Positions 10,762 to 26,600 of a DNA stretch of 64,000 bases are shown piece after piece. Position numbers and translations under genes: made by a program. The notes beneath the pieces are model-generated. The model worked only from the letters and a program-made list of their open reading frames with translations. It searched no databases and was not told the origin of the DNA. Position 1 is the stretch's first letter; each line of letters opens with the position of its first letter. The DNA comes from Eledone cirrhosa. Its lineage: Eukaryota. The DNA lies in assembly GCA_964016885.1 (NCBI GenBank), contig OZ024743.1, positions 126,976,001-127,040,000 on the forward strand. The letters run 5' to 3'.

Positions 10762-13700
10762 TATTATCAACACTGGCTGTGGTATAATGCATTATCAACA
10801 CTGGATGTGGTATAATGCTTTATCAACACTGGCTGTGGTATAATGCATTATCAACAGTGGCTGTGGTATAATGCATTATCAACAGTGGCTGTGGTATAAT
10901 GCATTATCAACAGTGGCTGTGGTATAACGCATAATCAACACTAGCTGTTGTATAATACATTATCAACACTGGCTGTGGTATAATACATTATCACACTGAC
11001 TGTGGTATAATGCATTATCAACACTGACTGTGGTATAATGCATTATCAACACTAGCTGTGGTATAATGCTTTATCAACACTCGCTGTGGTATAATGCATT
11101 ATCAACACTGGCTGTGGTATAATACATTATCAACACTGGCTGTGGTATAATACATTATCAACGCTGGCTGTGGTATAAAATATTATCAATGCTGGCTGTG
11201 GTATAATGCATTATCAACACTGGCTGTGGTATAATGCATTATCAACACTGGCTGTGGTATAATGCATTATCAACACTGGCTGTGGTGTAACGCATTATCC
11301 ACACTGGCTGTGGTATAACACATTATCAACACTGGCTGTGGTATAATACATTATCAACACTGGCTGTGGCATAACGCATTATCCACACTGGCTGTGGTAT
11401 AACACATTATCAACAGTGGCTCTGGTATAACACATTATCAACACTAGCTGTGGTATAATTCATTATCAATGATGGCTGTGGTATAATACATTATCAACAC
11501 TGGCTGTGGTATAATACATTATCAACACTGGCTGTGGTATAATGCATTATCAACACTGGCTATGGTATAATACATTATCAACACTGGCTATGGTATAATA
11601 CATTATCAACACTGGCTGTAGTATAATACATTATCAACACTGGCTGTAGTATAATACATTATCAACACTGGCTGTGGTATAATACATTATCAACACTGGC
11701 TGTGGTATAATACATTATCAACACTGGCTGTGGTATAAGACATTATCAATGCTGGCTGTTGTATAATGCATTATCAACACTGGCTGTGGTATAATGCATT
11801 ATCAACACTAGCTGTGGTATAATTCATTATCAATGATGGCTGTGGTATAATACATTATCAACACTGGCTGTGGGATAATACATTATCAACACTGGCTGTG
11901 GGATAATGCATTATCAACACAAGCTGTGGTATAATGCATTATCAACACTGGTTTTGGTATAATGCATTATCAACACTGGCTGTGGTATAATGCATTATCA
12001 ACACTGGCTGTGGTATAATACATTATCAACACTGGCTGTGGTATAATACATTATCAACACTGGCTGTGGTATAATACATTATCAACACTGGCTGTGGTAT
12101 AATACATTATCAACACTGGCTGTGGTATAATGCATTATCAACACTGGATGTGGTATAATGCATTATAAACACTGGCTGTGGTATAATGCATTATCAATAG
12201 TGGCTGTCGTATAATGCATTATCAACATTAGCTGTCGTATAATGCATTATCAACATTAGCTGTGGTATAATGCATTATCAACACTGGCTGTGGTATAATA
12301 CATTATCAACACTGGCTGTGGTATAATACATTATCAACACTGGCTGTGGTATAAGACATTATCAACAGTGGCTGTGGTATAATACATTATCAACACTGGC
12401 TGTCGTATAATGCATTATCAACACTGGCTGTGGTATAATGCATTATCAACAGTGGCTGTGGTATAATACATTATCAACACTGGCTGTGGTATAATACATT
12501 ATCAACACTGGCTGTGGTATAATACATTATCAACGCTGGCTGTGGTATAATACATTATCAACGCTGGCTGTGGTATAATGCATTATCAACACTGGCTGTG
12601 GTATAATACATTATCAACACTGGCTGTGGTATAAGACATTATCAATGCTAGGTGTGGTATAATGCATTATCAACACTGGCTGTGGTATAATGCATTATCA
12701 ACACTAGCTGTGGTATAATTCATTATCAATGATGGCTGTGGTATAATACTTTCTCAACACTGGCTATGGTATAATACATTATCAACACTGGCTGTGGGAT
12801 AATGCATTATCAACACAAGCTGTGGTATAATGCATTATCAACACTGGTTGTGGTATAATGCATTATCAACACTGGTTGTGGTATAATACATTATCAACAC
12901 TGGCTGTGGTATAATGCATTATCAACACTGGCTGTGGTATAATGCATTATCAACAGTGGCTGTCGTATAATGCATTATCAACATTAGCTGTGGTATAATG
13001 CATTATTAACACTAGCTGTGGTATAATGCATTATCAACACTGGCTGTGGTATAATGCATTCTCAACAGTGGCTGTGGTATAATGCATTATCAACACTGGC
13101 TATGGTATAATGCATTATTAACACTGGCTGTGGTATAATACATTATCAACACTGGCCGTGGTATAATACATTATCAACACTGGCCGTGGTATAATACATT
13201 ATCAACACTGGCTGTGGTATAATACATTATCAACACTGGCTGTGGTATAATGCATTATCAACACTGGCTGTGGTATAATGCATTATCAACACTAGCTGTG
13301 GTATAATTCATTATCAATGATGGCTGTGGAATACATTATCAACACTGGCTGTGGGATAATACATTATCAACACAGGCTGTGGGATAATGCATTATCAACA
13401 TAAGCTGTGGTATAATGCATTATCAACACTGGTTGTGGTATAATGCATTATCAACACTGGTTGTGGTATAATACATTATCAACGCTGGCTGTGGTATAAT
13501 AGATTATCAACGCTGGCTGTGGTATAATGCATTATCAACACTGGCTGTGGTATAATACATTATCAACACTGGCTGTGGTATAATGTATTATCAACACTGG
13601 CTGTGGTATAATACATTATCAACACTGGCTGTGGTATAATGCATTATCAACACTGGATGTGGTATAATGCATTATCAACACTGGCTGTGGTATAATACAT

Positions 13701-15265
13701 TATCAACACTGGCTGTGGTATGATGCATTATCAACAGTGGCTGTGGTATAATGCATTATCAACAGTGGCTGTGGTATAATGCATTATTAACAGTGGCTGT
13801 GGTATAATGCATTATCAACAGTGGCTGTCGTATAATGTATTATCAACAGTGGCTGTGGTATAATGCATTATCAACATTAGCTGTGGTATAATGCATTATC
13901 AACACTGGCTGTGGTATAATACATAATCAACACTGGCTGTGGTATAATGCATTATCAACAGTGGCTGTCGTATAATGCATTATCAACATTAGCTGTGGTA
14001 TAATGCATTATTAACACTAGCTGTGGTATAATGCATTATCAACACTAGCTATGGTATAAGACATTATCAATGCTGGCTGTGGTATAATGCATTATCAACA
14101 CTGGCTGTGGTATAATTCATTATCAACACTAGCTGTGGTATAATTAATTATCAATGATGGCTGTGGTATAATACATTATCAACACTGGCTGTGGGATAAT
14201 GCATTATCAACACAAGCTGTGGTATAATGCATTATCAACACTGGTTGTGGTATAATGCATTATCAACACTGGTTGTGGTATAATACATTATCAACGCTGG
14301 CTGTGGTATAATGCATTATCAACACTGGCTGTGGTATAATACATTATCAACACTGGCTGTGGTATAATACATTATCAACGCTGGCTGTGGTATAATACAT
14401 TATCAACGCTGGCTGTGGTATAATGCATTATCAAACCTGGCTGTGGTATAATACATTATCAACACTAGCTGTGGTATAATGCATTATCAACACTAGCTGT
14501 GGTATAATGCATTATAAACACTGGCTGTGGTATAATACATTATCAACACTAGCTGTGGTATAATACATTATCAACACTAGCTGTGGTATAATACATTATC
14601 AACACTGGCTGTGGTATAATGCATTATCAACATTGGCTGTGCTATAATGCATTATCAACACTAGCTGTGGTATAATGCTTTATCAACACTAGCTGTGGTA
14701 TAATGCTTTATCAACACTAGCTGTGGTATAACACATTATCAACACTAGCTGTGGTATAATACATAATCAACACTAGCTGTGGTATAATACATAATCAACA
14801 CTGGCTGTGGTATAATGCATTATCAACACTGGCTGTGGTATAATGCATTATCAACACTGGCTGTGGTATCATGCATTATCAACACTGGCTGTGGTATAAT
14901 GCATTATCAACACTGGCTGTGGTATAATGCATTATCAACACTGGCTGTGGTATAATGCATTATCAACACTGGCTGTGGTATAATGCATTATCAACACTGA
15001 CTGTGGTATAATGCATTATCAACACTGGCTGTGGTATAATAAATTATCAACACTGGCTGTGGTATAATAAATTATCAACACTGGCTGTGGTATAATACAT
15101 TATCAATGCTGGCTGTGGTATAATACATTATCAATGCTGGCTGTGGTATAATACATTATCCATGCTGGCTGTGGTATAATACATTATCCATGCTGGCTGT
15201 GGTATAATACATTATCCATGCTGGCTGTGGTATAATACATTATCCATGCTGGCTGTGGTATAATG

Positions 15266-15489
15266 TATTATACCACAGCCAGTGTTGATAATGTATTATA
15301 CCACAGCTAGTGTTGATAATGCGTTATACCACAGCCACTGTTGATAATGCATTATACCACAGCCACTGTTGATAATGCATTATACCACAGCCACTGTTGA
15401 TAATGCATTATACCACAGCCAGTGTTGATAAAGCATTATACCACAGCCAGTGTTGATAATGCATTATACCACAGCCAGTGTTGATAATG
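15266..15489 (-). repeat. Inverted block of 8 monomers, copy 2
   Basis: Same sequence, variant order and junctions as copy 1; 224 bp. Confidence 0.97.
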
Positions 15490-18400
15490 TATTATCAACA
15501 CTGGCTGTGGTATAATGCATTATCAACACTGGATGTGGTATAATGCTTTATCAACACTGGCTGTGGTATAATGCATTATCAACAGTGGCTGTGGTATAAT
15601 GCATTATCAACAGTGGCTGTGGTATAATGCATTATCAACAGTGGCTGTGGTATAACGCATAATCAACACTAGCTGTTGTATAATACATTATCAACACTGG
15701 CTGTGGTATAATACATTATCACACTGACTGTGGTATAATGCATTATCAACACTGACTGTGGTATAATGCATTATCAACACTAGCTGTGGTATAATGCTTT
15801 ATCAACACTCGCTGTGGTATAATGCATTATCAACACTGGCTGTGGTATAATACATTATCAACACTGGCTGTGGTATAATACATTATCAACACTGGCTGTG
15901 GTATAATACATTATCAACGCTGGCTGTGGTATAAAATATTATCAATGCTGGCTGTGGTATAATGCATTATCAACACTGGCTGTGGTATAATGCATTATCA
16001 ACACTGGCTGTGGTATAATGCATTATCAACACTGGCTGTGGTGTAACGCATTATCCACACTGGCTGTGGTATAACACATTATCAACACTGGCTGTGGTAT
16101 AATACATTATCAACACTGGCTGTGGCATAACGCATTATCCACACTGGCTGTGGTATAACACATTATCAACAGTGGCTGTGGTATAACACATTATCAACAG
16201 TGGCTGTGGTATAACACATTATCAACACTAGCTGTGGTATAATTCATTATCAATGATGGCTGTGGTATAATACATTATCAACACTGGCTGTGGTATAATA
16301 CATTATCAACACTGGCTGTGGTATAATGCATTATCAACACTGGCTATGGTATAATACATTATCAACACTGGCTATGGTATAATACATTATCAACACTGGC
16401 TGTAGTATAATACATTATCAACACTGGCTGTAGTATAATACATTATCAACACTGGCTGTGGTATAATACATTATCAACACTGGCTGTGGTATAATACATT
16501 ATCAACACTGGCTGTGGTATAAGACATTATCAATGCTGGCTGTTGTATAATGCATTATCAACACTGGCTGTGGTATAATGCATTATCAACACTAGCTGTG
16601 GTATAATTCATTATCAATGATGGCTGTGGTATAATACATTATCAACACTGGCTGTGGGATAATACATTATCAACACTGGCTGTGGGATAATGCATTATCA
16701 ACACAAGCTGCGGTATAATGCATTATCAACACTGGTTTTGGTATAATGCATTATCAACACTGGCTGTGGTATAATGCATTATCAACACTGGCTGTGGTAT
16801 AATACATTATCAACACTGGCTGTGGTATAATACATTATCAACACTGGCTGTGGTATAATACATTATCAACACTGGCTGTGGTATAATACATTATCAACAC
16901 TGGCTGTGGTATAATGCATTATCAACACTGGATGTGGTATAATGCATTATAAACACTGGCTGTGGTATAATGCATTATCAATAGTGGCTGTCGTATAATG
17001 CATTATCAACATTAGCTGTCGTATAATGCATTATCAACATTAGCTGTGGTATAATGCATTATCAACACTGGCTGTGGTATAATACATTATCAACACTGGC
17101 TGTGGTATAATACATTATCAACACTGGCTGTGGTATAAGACATTATCAACAGTGGCTGTGGTATAATACATTATCAACACTGGCTGTCGTATAATGCATT
17201 ATCAACACTGGCTGTGGTATAATGCATTATCAACAGTGGCTGTGGTATAATACATTATCAACACTGGCTGTGGTATAATACATTATCAACACTGGCTGTG
17301 GTATAATACATTATCAACGCTGGCTGTGGTATAATACATTATCAACGCTGGCTGTGGTATAATGCATTATCAACACTGGCTGTGGTATAATACATTATCA
17401 ACACTGGCTGTGGTATAAGACATTATCAATGCTAGGTGTGGTATAATGCATTATCAACACTGGCTGTGGTATAATGCATTATCAACACTAGCTGTGGTAT
17501 AATTCATTATCAATGATGGCTGTGGTATAATACTTTCTCAACACTGGCTATGGTATAATACATTATCAACACTGGCTGTGGGATAATGCATTATCAACAC
17601 AAGCTGTGGTATAATGCATTATCAACACTGGTTGTGGTATAATGCATTATCAACACTGGTTGTGGTATAATACATTATCAACACTGGCTGTGGTATAATG
17701 CATTATCAACACTGGCTGTGGTATAATGCATTATCAACAGTGGCTGTCGTATAATGCATTATCAACATTAGCTGTGGTATAATGCATTATTAACACTAGC
17801 TGTGGTATAATGCATTATCAACACTGGCTGTGGTATAATGCATTCTCAACAGTGGCTGTGGTATAATGCATTATCAACACTGGCTATGGTATAATGCATT
17901 ATTAACACTGGCTGTGGTATAATACATTATCAACACTGGCCGTGGTATAATACATTATCAACACTGGCCGTGGTATAATACATTATCAACACTGGCTGTG
18001 GTATAATACATTATCAACACTGGCTGTGGTATAATGCATTATCAACACTGGCTGTGGTATAATGCATTATCAACACTAGCTGTGGTATAATTCATTATCA
18101 ATGATGGCTGTGGAATACATTATCAACACTGGCTGTGGGATAATACATTATCAACACAGGCTGTGGGATAATGCATTATCAACATAAGCTGTGGTATAAT
18201 GCATTATCAACACTGGTTGTGGTATAATGCATTATCAACACTGGTTGTGGTATAATACATTATCAACGCTGGCTGTGGTATAATAGATTATCAACGCTGG
18301 CTGTGGTATAATGCATTATCAACACTGGCTGTGGTATAATACATTATCAACACTGGCTGTGGTATAATGTATTATCAACACTGGCTGTGGTATAATACAT

Positions 18401-21400
18401 TATCAACACTGGCTGTGGTATAATGCATTATCAACACTGGATGTGGTATAATGCATTATCAACACTGGCTGTGGTATAATACATTATCAACACTGGCTGT
18501 GGTATGATGCATTATCAACAGTGGCTGTGGTATAATGCATTATCAACAGTGGCTGTGGTATAATGCATTATTAACAGTGGCTGTGGTATAATGCATTATC
18601 AACAGTGGCTGTCGTATAATGTATTATCAACAGTGGCTGTGGTATAATGCATTATCAACATTAGCTGTGGTATAATGCATTATCAACACTGGCTGTGGTA
18701 TAATACATAATCAACACTGGCTGTGGTATAATGCATTATCAACAGTGGCTGTCGTATAATGCATTATCAACATTAGCTGTGGTATAATGCATTATTAACA
18801 CTAGCTGTGGTATAATGCATTATCAACACTAGCTATGGTATAAGACATTATCAATGCTGGCTGTGGTATAATGCATTATCAACACTGGCTGTGGTATAAT
18901 TCATTATCAACACTAGCTGTGGTATAATTAATTATCAATGATGGCTGTGGTATAATACATTATCAACACTGGCTGTGGGATAATGCATTATCAACACAAG
19001 CTGTGGTATAATGCATTATCAACACTGGTTGTGGTATAATGCATTATCAACACTGGTTGTGGTATAATACATTATCAACGCTGGCTGTGGTATAATGCAT
19101 TATCAACACTGGCTGTGGTATAATACATTATCAACACTGGCTGTGGTATAATGCATTATCAACAGTGGCTGTGGTATAATGCATTATCAACAGTGGCTGT
19201 CGTATAATGCATTATCAACATTAGCTGTGGTATAATGCATTATTAACACTAGCTGTGGTATAATGCATTATCAACACTGGCTGTGGTATAATGCATTCTC
19301 AACAGTGGCTGTGGTATAATGCATTATAAACACTGGCTATGGTATAATGCATTATCAACACTGGCTGTGGTATAATGCATTATCAACACTGGCTGTGGTA
19401 TAATACATTATCAACACTGGCTGTGGTATAATACATTATCAACACTGGCTGTGGTATAATACATTATCAACACTGGCTGTGGTATAATACATTATCAACA
19501 CTGGCTGTGGTATAATGCATCATCAACACTGGCTGTGGTATAATGCATTATCAACACTGGCTGTGGTATAATGCATTATCAACACTGGCTGTGGTATAAT
19601 GCATTATCAACACTAGCTGTGGTATAATTCATTATCAATGATGGCTGTGGTATAATACATTATCAACACTGGCTGTGGGATAATGCATTATCAACACAAG
19701 CTGTGGTATAATGCATTATCAACACTGGTTGTGGTATAATGCATTATCAACACTGGTTGTGGTATAATACATTATCAACGCTGGTTGTGGTATAATACAT
19801 TATCAACGCTGGCTGTGGTATAATACATTATCAACGCTGGCTGTGGTATAATACATTATCAACGCTGGCTGTGGTATAATGCATTATCAACACTGGCTGT
19901 GGTATAATACATTATCAACACTGGCTGTGGTATAATACATTATCAACACTGGCTGTGGTATAATATATTATCAACACTGGCTGTGGTATAATATATTATC
20001 AACACTGGCTGTGGTATAATACATTATCAACACTGGCTGTGGTATAATGCATTATCAACACTGGATGTGGTATAATGCATTATCAACACTGGCTGTGGTA
20101 TAATACATTATCAACACTGGCTGTGGTATAATGCATTATCAACAGTGGCTGTGGTATAATGCATTATCAACAGTGGCTGTGGTATAATGCATTATCAACA
20201 GTGGCTGTCGTATAATGCATTATCAACAGTGGCCCTGGTATAATGCATTATCAACATTAGCTGTGGTATAATGCATTATCAACAGTAGCTGTCGTATAAT
20301 ACATTATCAACACTGGCTGTGGTATAATACATTATCAACACTGGCTGTGGTATAATGCATTATCAACAGTGGCTGTCGTATAATGCATTATCAACATTAG
20401 CTGTGGTATAATGCATTATTAACACTAGCTGTGGTATAATGCATTATCAACACTGGCTGTGGTATAATACATTATCAACACTGGCTGTGGTGTAATGCAT
20501 TATCAACACTGGCTGTGGTATAATGCATTATCAACACTGGCTATGGTATAATACATTATTAACACTGGCTGTGGTATAATACATTATCAACACTGGCTGT
20601 GGTATAATACATTATCAACACTGGCTGTGGTATAATACATTATCAACACTGGCTGTGGTATAATACATTATCAACACTGGCTGTGGTATAATGCATTATC
20701 AACACTGGCTGTGGTATAATGCATTATCAACACTGGCTATGGTATAATGCATTATCAACACTGGCTGTGGTATAATACATTATCAACACTGGCTGTGGTA
20801 TAATACATTATCAACACTGGCTGTGGTATAATACATTATCAACACTGGCTGTGGTATAATACATTATCAATACTGGCTGTGGTATAATGCATTATCAACA
20901 CTGGCTGTGGTATAATGCATTATCAACAGTGGCTGTGGTATAATGCATTATCAACAGTGGCTGTGGTATAATGCATTATCAACAGTGGCTGTGGTATAAC
21001 GCATTATCAACACTAGCTGTGGTATAATACATTATCAACACTGGCTGTGGTATAATACATTATCAACAGTGGCTGTGGTATAATGCATTATCAACATTAG
21101 CTGTGGTATAATGCATTATCAACACAAGCTGTGGTATAATGCATTATCAACACTGGTTGCGGTATAATACATTATCAATGCTGGCTGTGGTATAATGCAT
21201 TATCAACACTGGCTGTGGTATAATGCATTATCAACACTGGATGTGGTATAATGCATTATCAACACTGGCTGTGGTATAATACATTATCAACACTGGCTGT
21301 GGTATAATACATTATCAACACTGGCTGTGGTATAATGCATTATCAGCAGTGGCTGTGGTATAATGCATTATCAACAGTGGCTGTCGTATAATGCATTATC

Positions 21401-23437
21401 AACAGTGGCTGTGGTATAATGCATTATCAACATTAGCTGTGGTATAATGCATTATCAACATTAGCTGTGGTATAACGCATTATCAACAGTAGCTGTCGTA
21501 TAATGCATTATCAACAGTGGCTGTCGTATAATGCATTATCAACATTAGCTGTGGTATAATGCATTATTAACACTAGCTGTGGTATAATGCATTATCAACA
21601 CTGGCTGTGGTATAATGCATTATCAACAGTGGCTGTGGTATAATACATTATCAACACTGGCTGTGGTATAATACATTATCAACACTGGCTGAAGTATAAT
21701 ATATTATCAACACTGGCTGTGGTATAATACATTATCAACACTGGCTGTGGTATAAGACATTATCAATGCTGGCTGTGGTATAATGCATTATCAACACTGG
21801 CTGTGGTATAATGCATTATCAACACTAGCTGTGGTATAATTCATTATCAATGATGGCAGTGGTATAATACATTATCAACACTGGCTGTGGGATAATACAT
21901 TATCAACACTGGCTGTGGGATAATGCATTATCAACACTGGCTTTGGTATAATGCATTATCAACACTGGTTGTGGTATAATACATTATCAACGCTGGCTGT
22001 GGTATAATGCATTATCAACACTGGCTGTGGTATAATACATTATCAACACTGGCTGTGGTATAATACATTATCAACACTGGCTGTGGTATAATACATTATC
22101 AACACTGGCTGTGGTATAATACATTATCAACACTGGATGTGGTATAATGCATTATAAACACTGGCTGTGGTATAATGCATTATCAATAGTGGCTGTCGTA
22201 TAATGCATTATCAACATTAGCTGTCGTATAATGCATTATCAACATTAGCTGTGGTATAATGCATTATCAACACTGGCTGTGGTATAATACATTATCAACA
22301 CTGGCTGTGGTATAATACATTATCAACACTGGCTGTGGTATAAGACATTATCAACAGTGGCTGTGGTATAATACATTATCAACACTGGCTGTCGTATAAT
22401 GCATTATCAACACTGGCTGTGGTATAATGCATTATCAACAGTGGCTGTGGTATAATACATTATCAACACTGGCTGTGGTATAATACATTATCAACACTGG
22501 CTGTGGTATAATACATTATCAACGCTGGCTGTGGTATAATACATTATCAACGCTGGCTGTGTTATAATGCATTATCAAACCTGGCTGTGGTATAATACAT
22601 TATCAACACTAGCTGTGGTATAATGCATTATCAACACTAGCTGTGGTATAATGCATTATAAACACTGGCTGTGGTATAATACATTATCAACACTAGCTGT
22701 GGTATAATACATTATCAACACTAGCTGTGGTATAATACATTATCAACACTGGCTGTGGTATAATGCATTATCAACATTGGCTGTGCTATAATGCATTATC
22801 AACACTAGCTGTGGTATAATGCTTTATCAACACTAGCTGTGGTATAATGCTTTATCAACACTAGCTGTGGTATAACACATTATCAACACTAGCTGTGGTA
22901 TAATACATAATCAACACTAGCTGTGGTATAATACATAATCAACACTAGCTGTGGTATAATGCATTATCAACACTGGCTGTGGTATAATGCATTATCAACA
23001 CTGGCTGTGGTATAATGCATTATCAACACTGGCTGTGGTATAATGCATTATCAACACTGGCTGTGGTATAATGCATTATCAACACTGGCTGTGGTATAAT
23101 GCATTATCAACACTGGCTGTGGTATAATGCATTATCAACACTGGCTGTGGTATAATGCATTATCAACACTGGCTGTGGTATAATAAATTATCAACACTGG
23201 CTGTGGTATAATAAATTATCAACACTGGCTGTGGTATAATAAATTATCAACGCTGGCTGTGGTATAATACATTATCAACGCTGGCTGTGGTATAATACAT
23301 TATCAATGCTGGCTGTGGTATAATACATTATCCATGCTGGCTGTGGTATAATACATTATCCATGCTGGCTGTGGTATAATACATTATCCATGCTGGCTGT
23401 GGTATAATACATTATCCATGCTGGCTGTGGTATAATG

Positions 23438-23661
23438 TATTATACCACAGCCAGTGTTGATAATGTATTATACCACAGCTAGTGTTGATAATGCGTTATA
23501 CCACAGCCACTGTTGATAATGCATTATACCACAGCCACTGTTGATAATGCATTATACCACAGCCACTGTTGATAATGCATTATACCACAGCCAGTGTTGA
23601 TAAAGCATTATACCACAGCCAGTGTTGATAATGCATTATACCACAGCCAGTGTTGATAATG
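23438..23661 (-). repeat. Inverted block of 8 monomers, copy 3
   Basis: Same sequence, variant order and junctions as copy 1; 224 bp. Confidence 0.97.
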
Positions 23662-26600
23662 TATTATCAACACTGGCTGTGGTATAATGCATTATCAACA
23701 CTGGATGTGGTATAATGCTTTATCAACACTGGCTGTGGTATAATGCATTATCAACAGTGGCTGTGGTATAATGCATTATCAACAGTGGCTGTGGTATAAT
23801 GCATTATCAACAGTGGCTGTGGTATAACGCATAATCAACACTAGCTGTTGTATAATACATTATCAACACTGGCTGTGGTATAATACATTATCACACTGAC
23901 TGTGGTATAATGCATTATCAACACTGACTGTGGTATAATGCATTATCAACACTAGCTGTGGTATAATGCTTTATCAACACTCGCTGTGGTATAATGCATT
24001 ATCAACACTGGCTGTGGTATAATACATTATCAACACTGGCTGTGGTATAATACATTATCAACGCTGGCTGTGGTATAAAATATTATCAATGCTGGCTGTG
24101 GTATAATGCATTATCAACACTGGCTGTGGTATAATGCATTATCAACACTGGCTGTGGTATAATGCATTATCAACACTGGCTGTGGTATAATACATTATCA
24201 ACACTGGCTGTTGTATAATACATTATCAACACTGGCTGTGGTGTAACGCATTATCCACACTGGCTGTGGTATAACACATTATCAACACTGGCTGTGGTAT
24301 AATACATTATCAACACTGGCTGTGGCGTAACGCATTATCCACACTGGCTGTGGTATAACACATTATCAACAGTGGCTGTGGTATAACACATTATCAACAC
24401 TAGCTGTGGTATAATTCATTATCAATGATGGCTGTGGTATAATACATTATCAACACTGGCTGTGGTATAATACATTATCAACACTGGCTGTGGTATAATG
24501 CATTATCAACACTGGCTATGGTATAATACATTATCAACACTGGCTGTAGTATAATACATTATCAACACTGGCTGTAGTATAATACATTATCAACACTGGC
24601 TGTGGTATAATGCATTATCAACACTAGCTGTGGTATAATTCATTATCAATGATGGCTGTGGTATAATACATTATCAACACTGGCTGTGGGATAATACATT
24701 ATCAACACTGGCTGTGGGATAATGCATTATCAACACAAGCTGTGGTATAATGCATTATCAACACTGGTTTTGGTATAATGCATTATCAACACTGGCTGTG
24801 GTATAATGCATTATCAACACTGGCTGTGGTATAATACATTATCAACACTGGCTGTGGTATAATACATTATCAACACTGGCTGTGGTATAATACATTATCA
24901 ACACTGGCTGTGGTATAATACATTATCAACACTGGCTGTGGTATAATGCATTATCAACACTGGATGTGGTATAATGCATTATAAACACTGGCTGTGGTAT
25001 AATGCATTATCAATAGTGGCTGTCGTATAATGCATTATCAACATTAGCTGTCGTATAATGCATTATCAACATTAGCTGTGGTATAATGCATTATCAACAC
25101 TGGCTGTGGTATAATACATTATCAACACTGGCTGTGGTATAATACATTATCAACACTGGCTGTGGTATAAGACATTATCAACAGTGGCTGTGGTATAATA
25201 CATTATCAACACTGGCTGTCGTATAATGCATTATCAACACTGGCTGTGGTATAATGCATTATCAACAGTGGCTGTGGTATAATACATTATCAACACTGGC
25301 TGTGGTATAATACATTATCAACACTGGCTGTGGTATAATACATTATCAACGCTGGCTGTGGTATAATACATTATCAACGCTGGCTGTGGTATAATGCATT
25401 ATCAACACTGGCTGTGGTATAATACATTATCAACACTGGCTGTGGTATAAGACATTATCAATGCTAGGTGTGGTATAATGCATTATCAACACTGGCTGTG
25501 GTATAATGCATTATCAACACTAGCTGTGGTATAATTCATTATCAATGATGGCTGTGGTATAATACTTTCTCAACACTGGCTATGGTATAATACATTATCA
25601 ACACTGGCTGTGGGATAATGCATTATCAACACAAGCTGTGGTATAATGCATTATCAACACTGGTTGTGGTATAATGCATTATCAACACTGGTTGTGGTAT
25701 AATACATTATCAACACTGGCTTGGTATAATGCATTATCAACACTGGCTGTGGTATAATGCATTATCAACAGTGGCTGTCGTATAATGCATTATCAACATT
25801 AGCTGTGGTATAATGCATTATTAACACTAGCTGTGGTATAATGCATTATCAACACTGGCTGTGGTATAATGCATTCTCAACAGTGGCTGTGGTATAATGC
25901 ATTATCAACACTGGCTATGGTATAATGCATTATTAACACTGGCTGTGGTATAATACATTATCAACACTGGCCGTGGTATAATACATTATCAACACTGGCC
26001 GTGGTATAATACATTATCAACACTGGCTGTGGTATAATACATTATCAACACTGGCTGTGGTATAATGCATTATCAACACTGGCTGTGGTATAATGCATTA
26101 TCAACACTAGCTGTGGTATAATTCATTATCAATGATGGCTGTGGAATACATTATCAACACTGGCTGTGGGATAATACATTATCAACACAGGCTGTGGGAT
26201 AATGCATTATCAACATAAGCTGTGGTATAATGCATTATCAACACTGGTTGTGGTATAATGCATTATCAACACTGGTTGTGGTATAATACATTATCAACGC
26301 TGGCTGTGGTATAATAGATTATCAACGCTGGCTGTGGTATAATGCATTATCAACACTGGCTGTGGTATAATACATTATCAACACTGGCTGTGGTATAATG
26401 TATTATCAACACTGGCTGTGGTATAATACATTATCAACACTGGCTGTGGTATAATGCATTATCAACACTGGATGTGGTATAATGCATTATCAACACTGGC
26501 TGTGGTATAATACATTATCAACACTGGCTGTGGTATGATGCATTATCAACAGTGGCTGTGGTATAATGCATTATCAACAGTGGCTGTGGTATAATGCATT

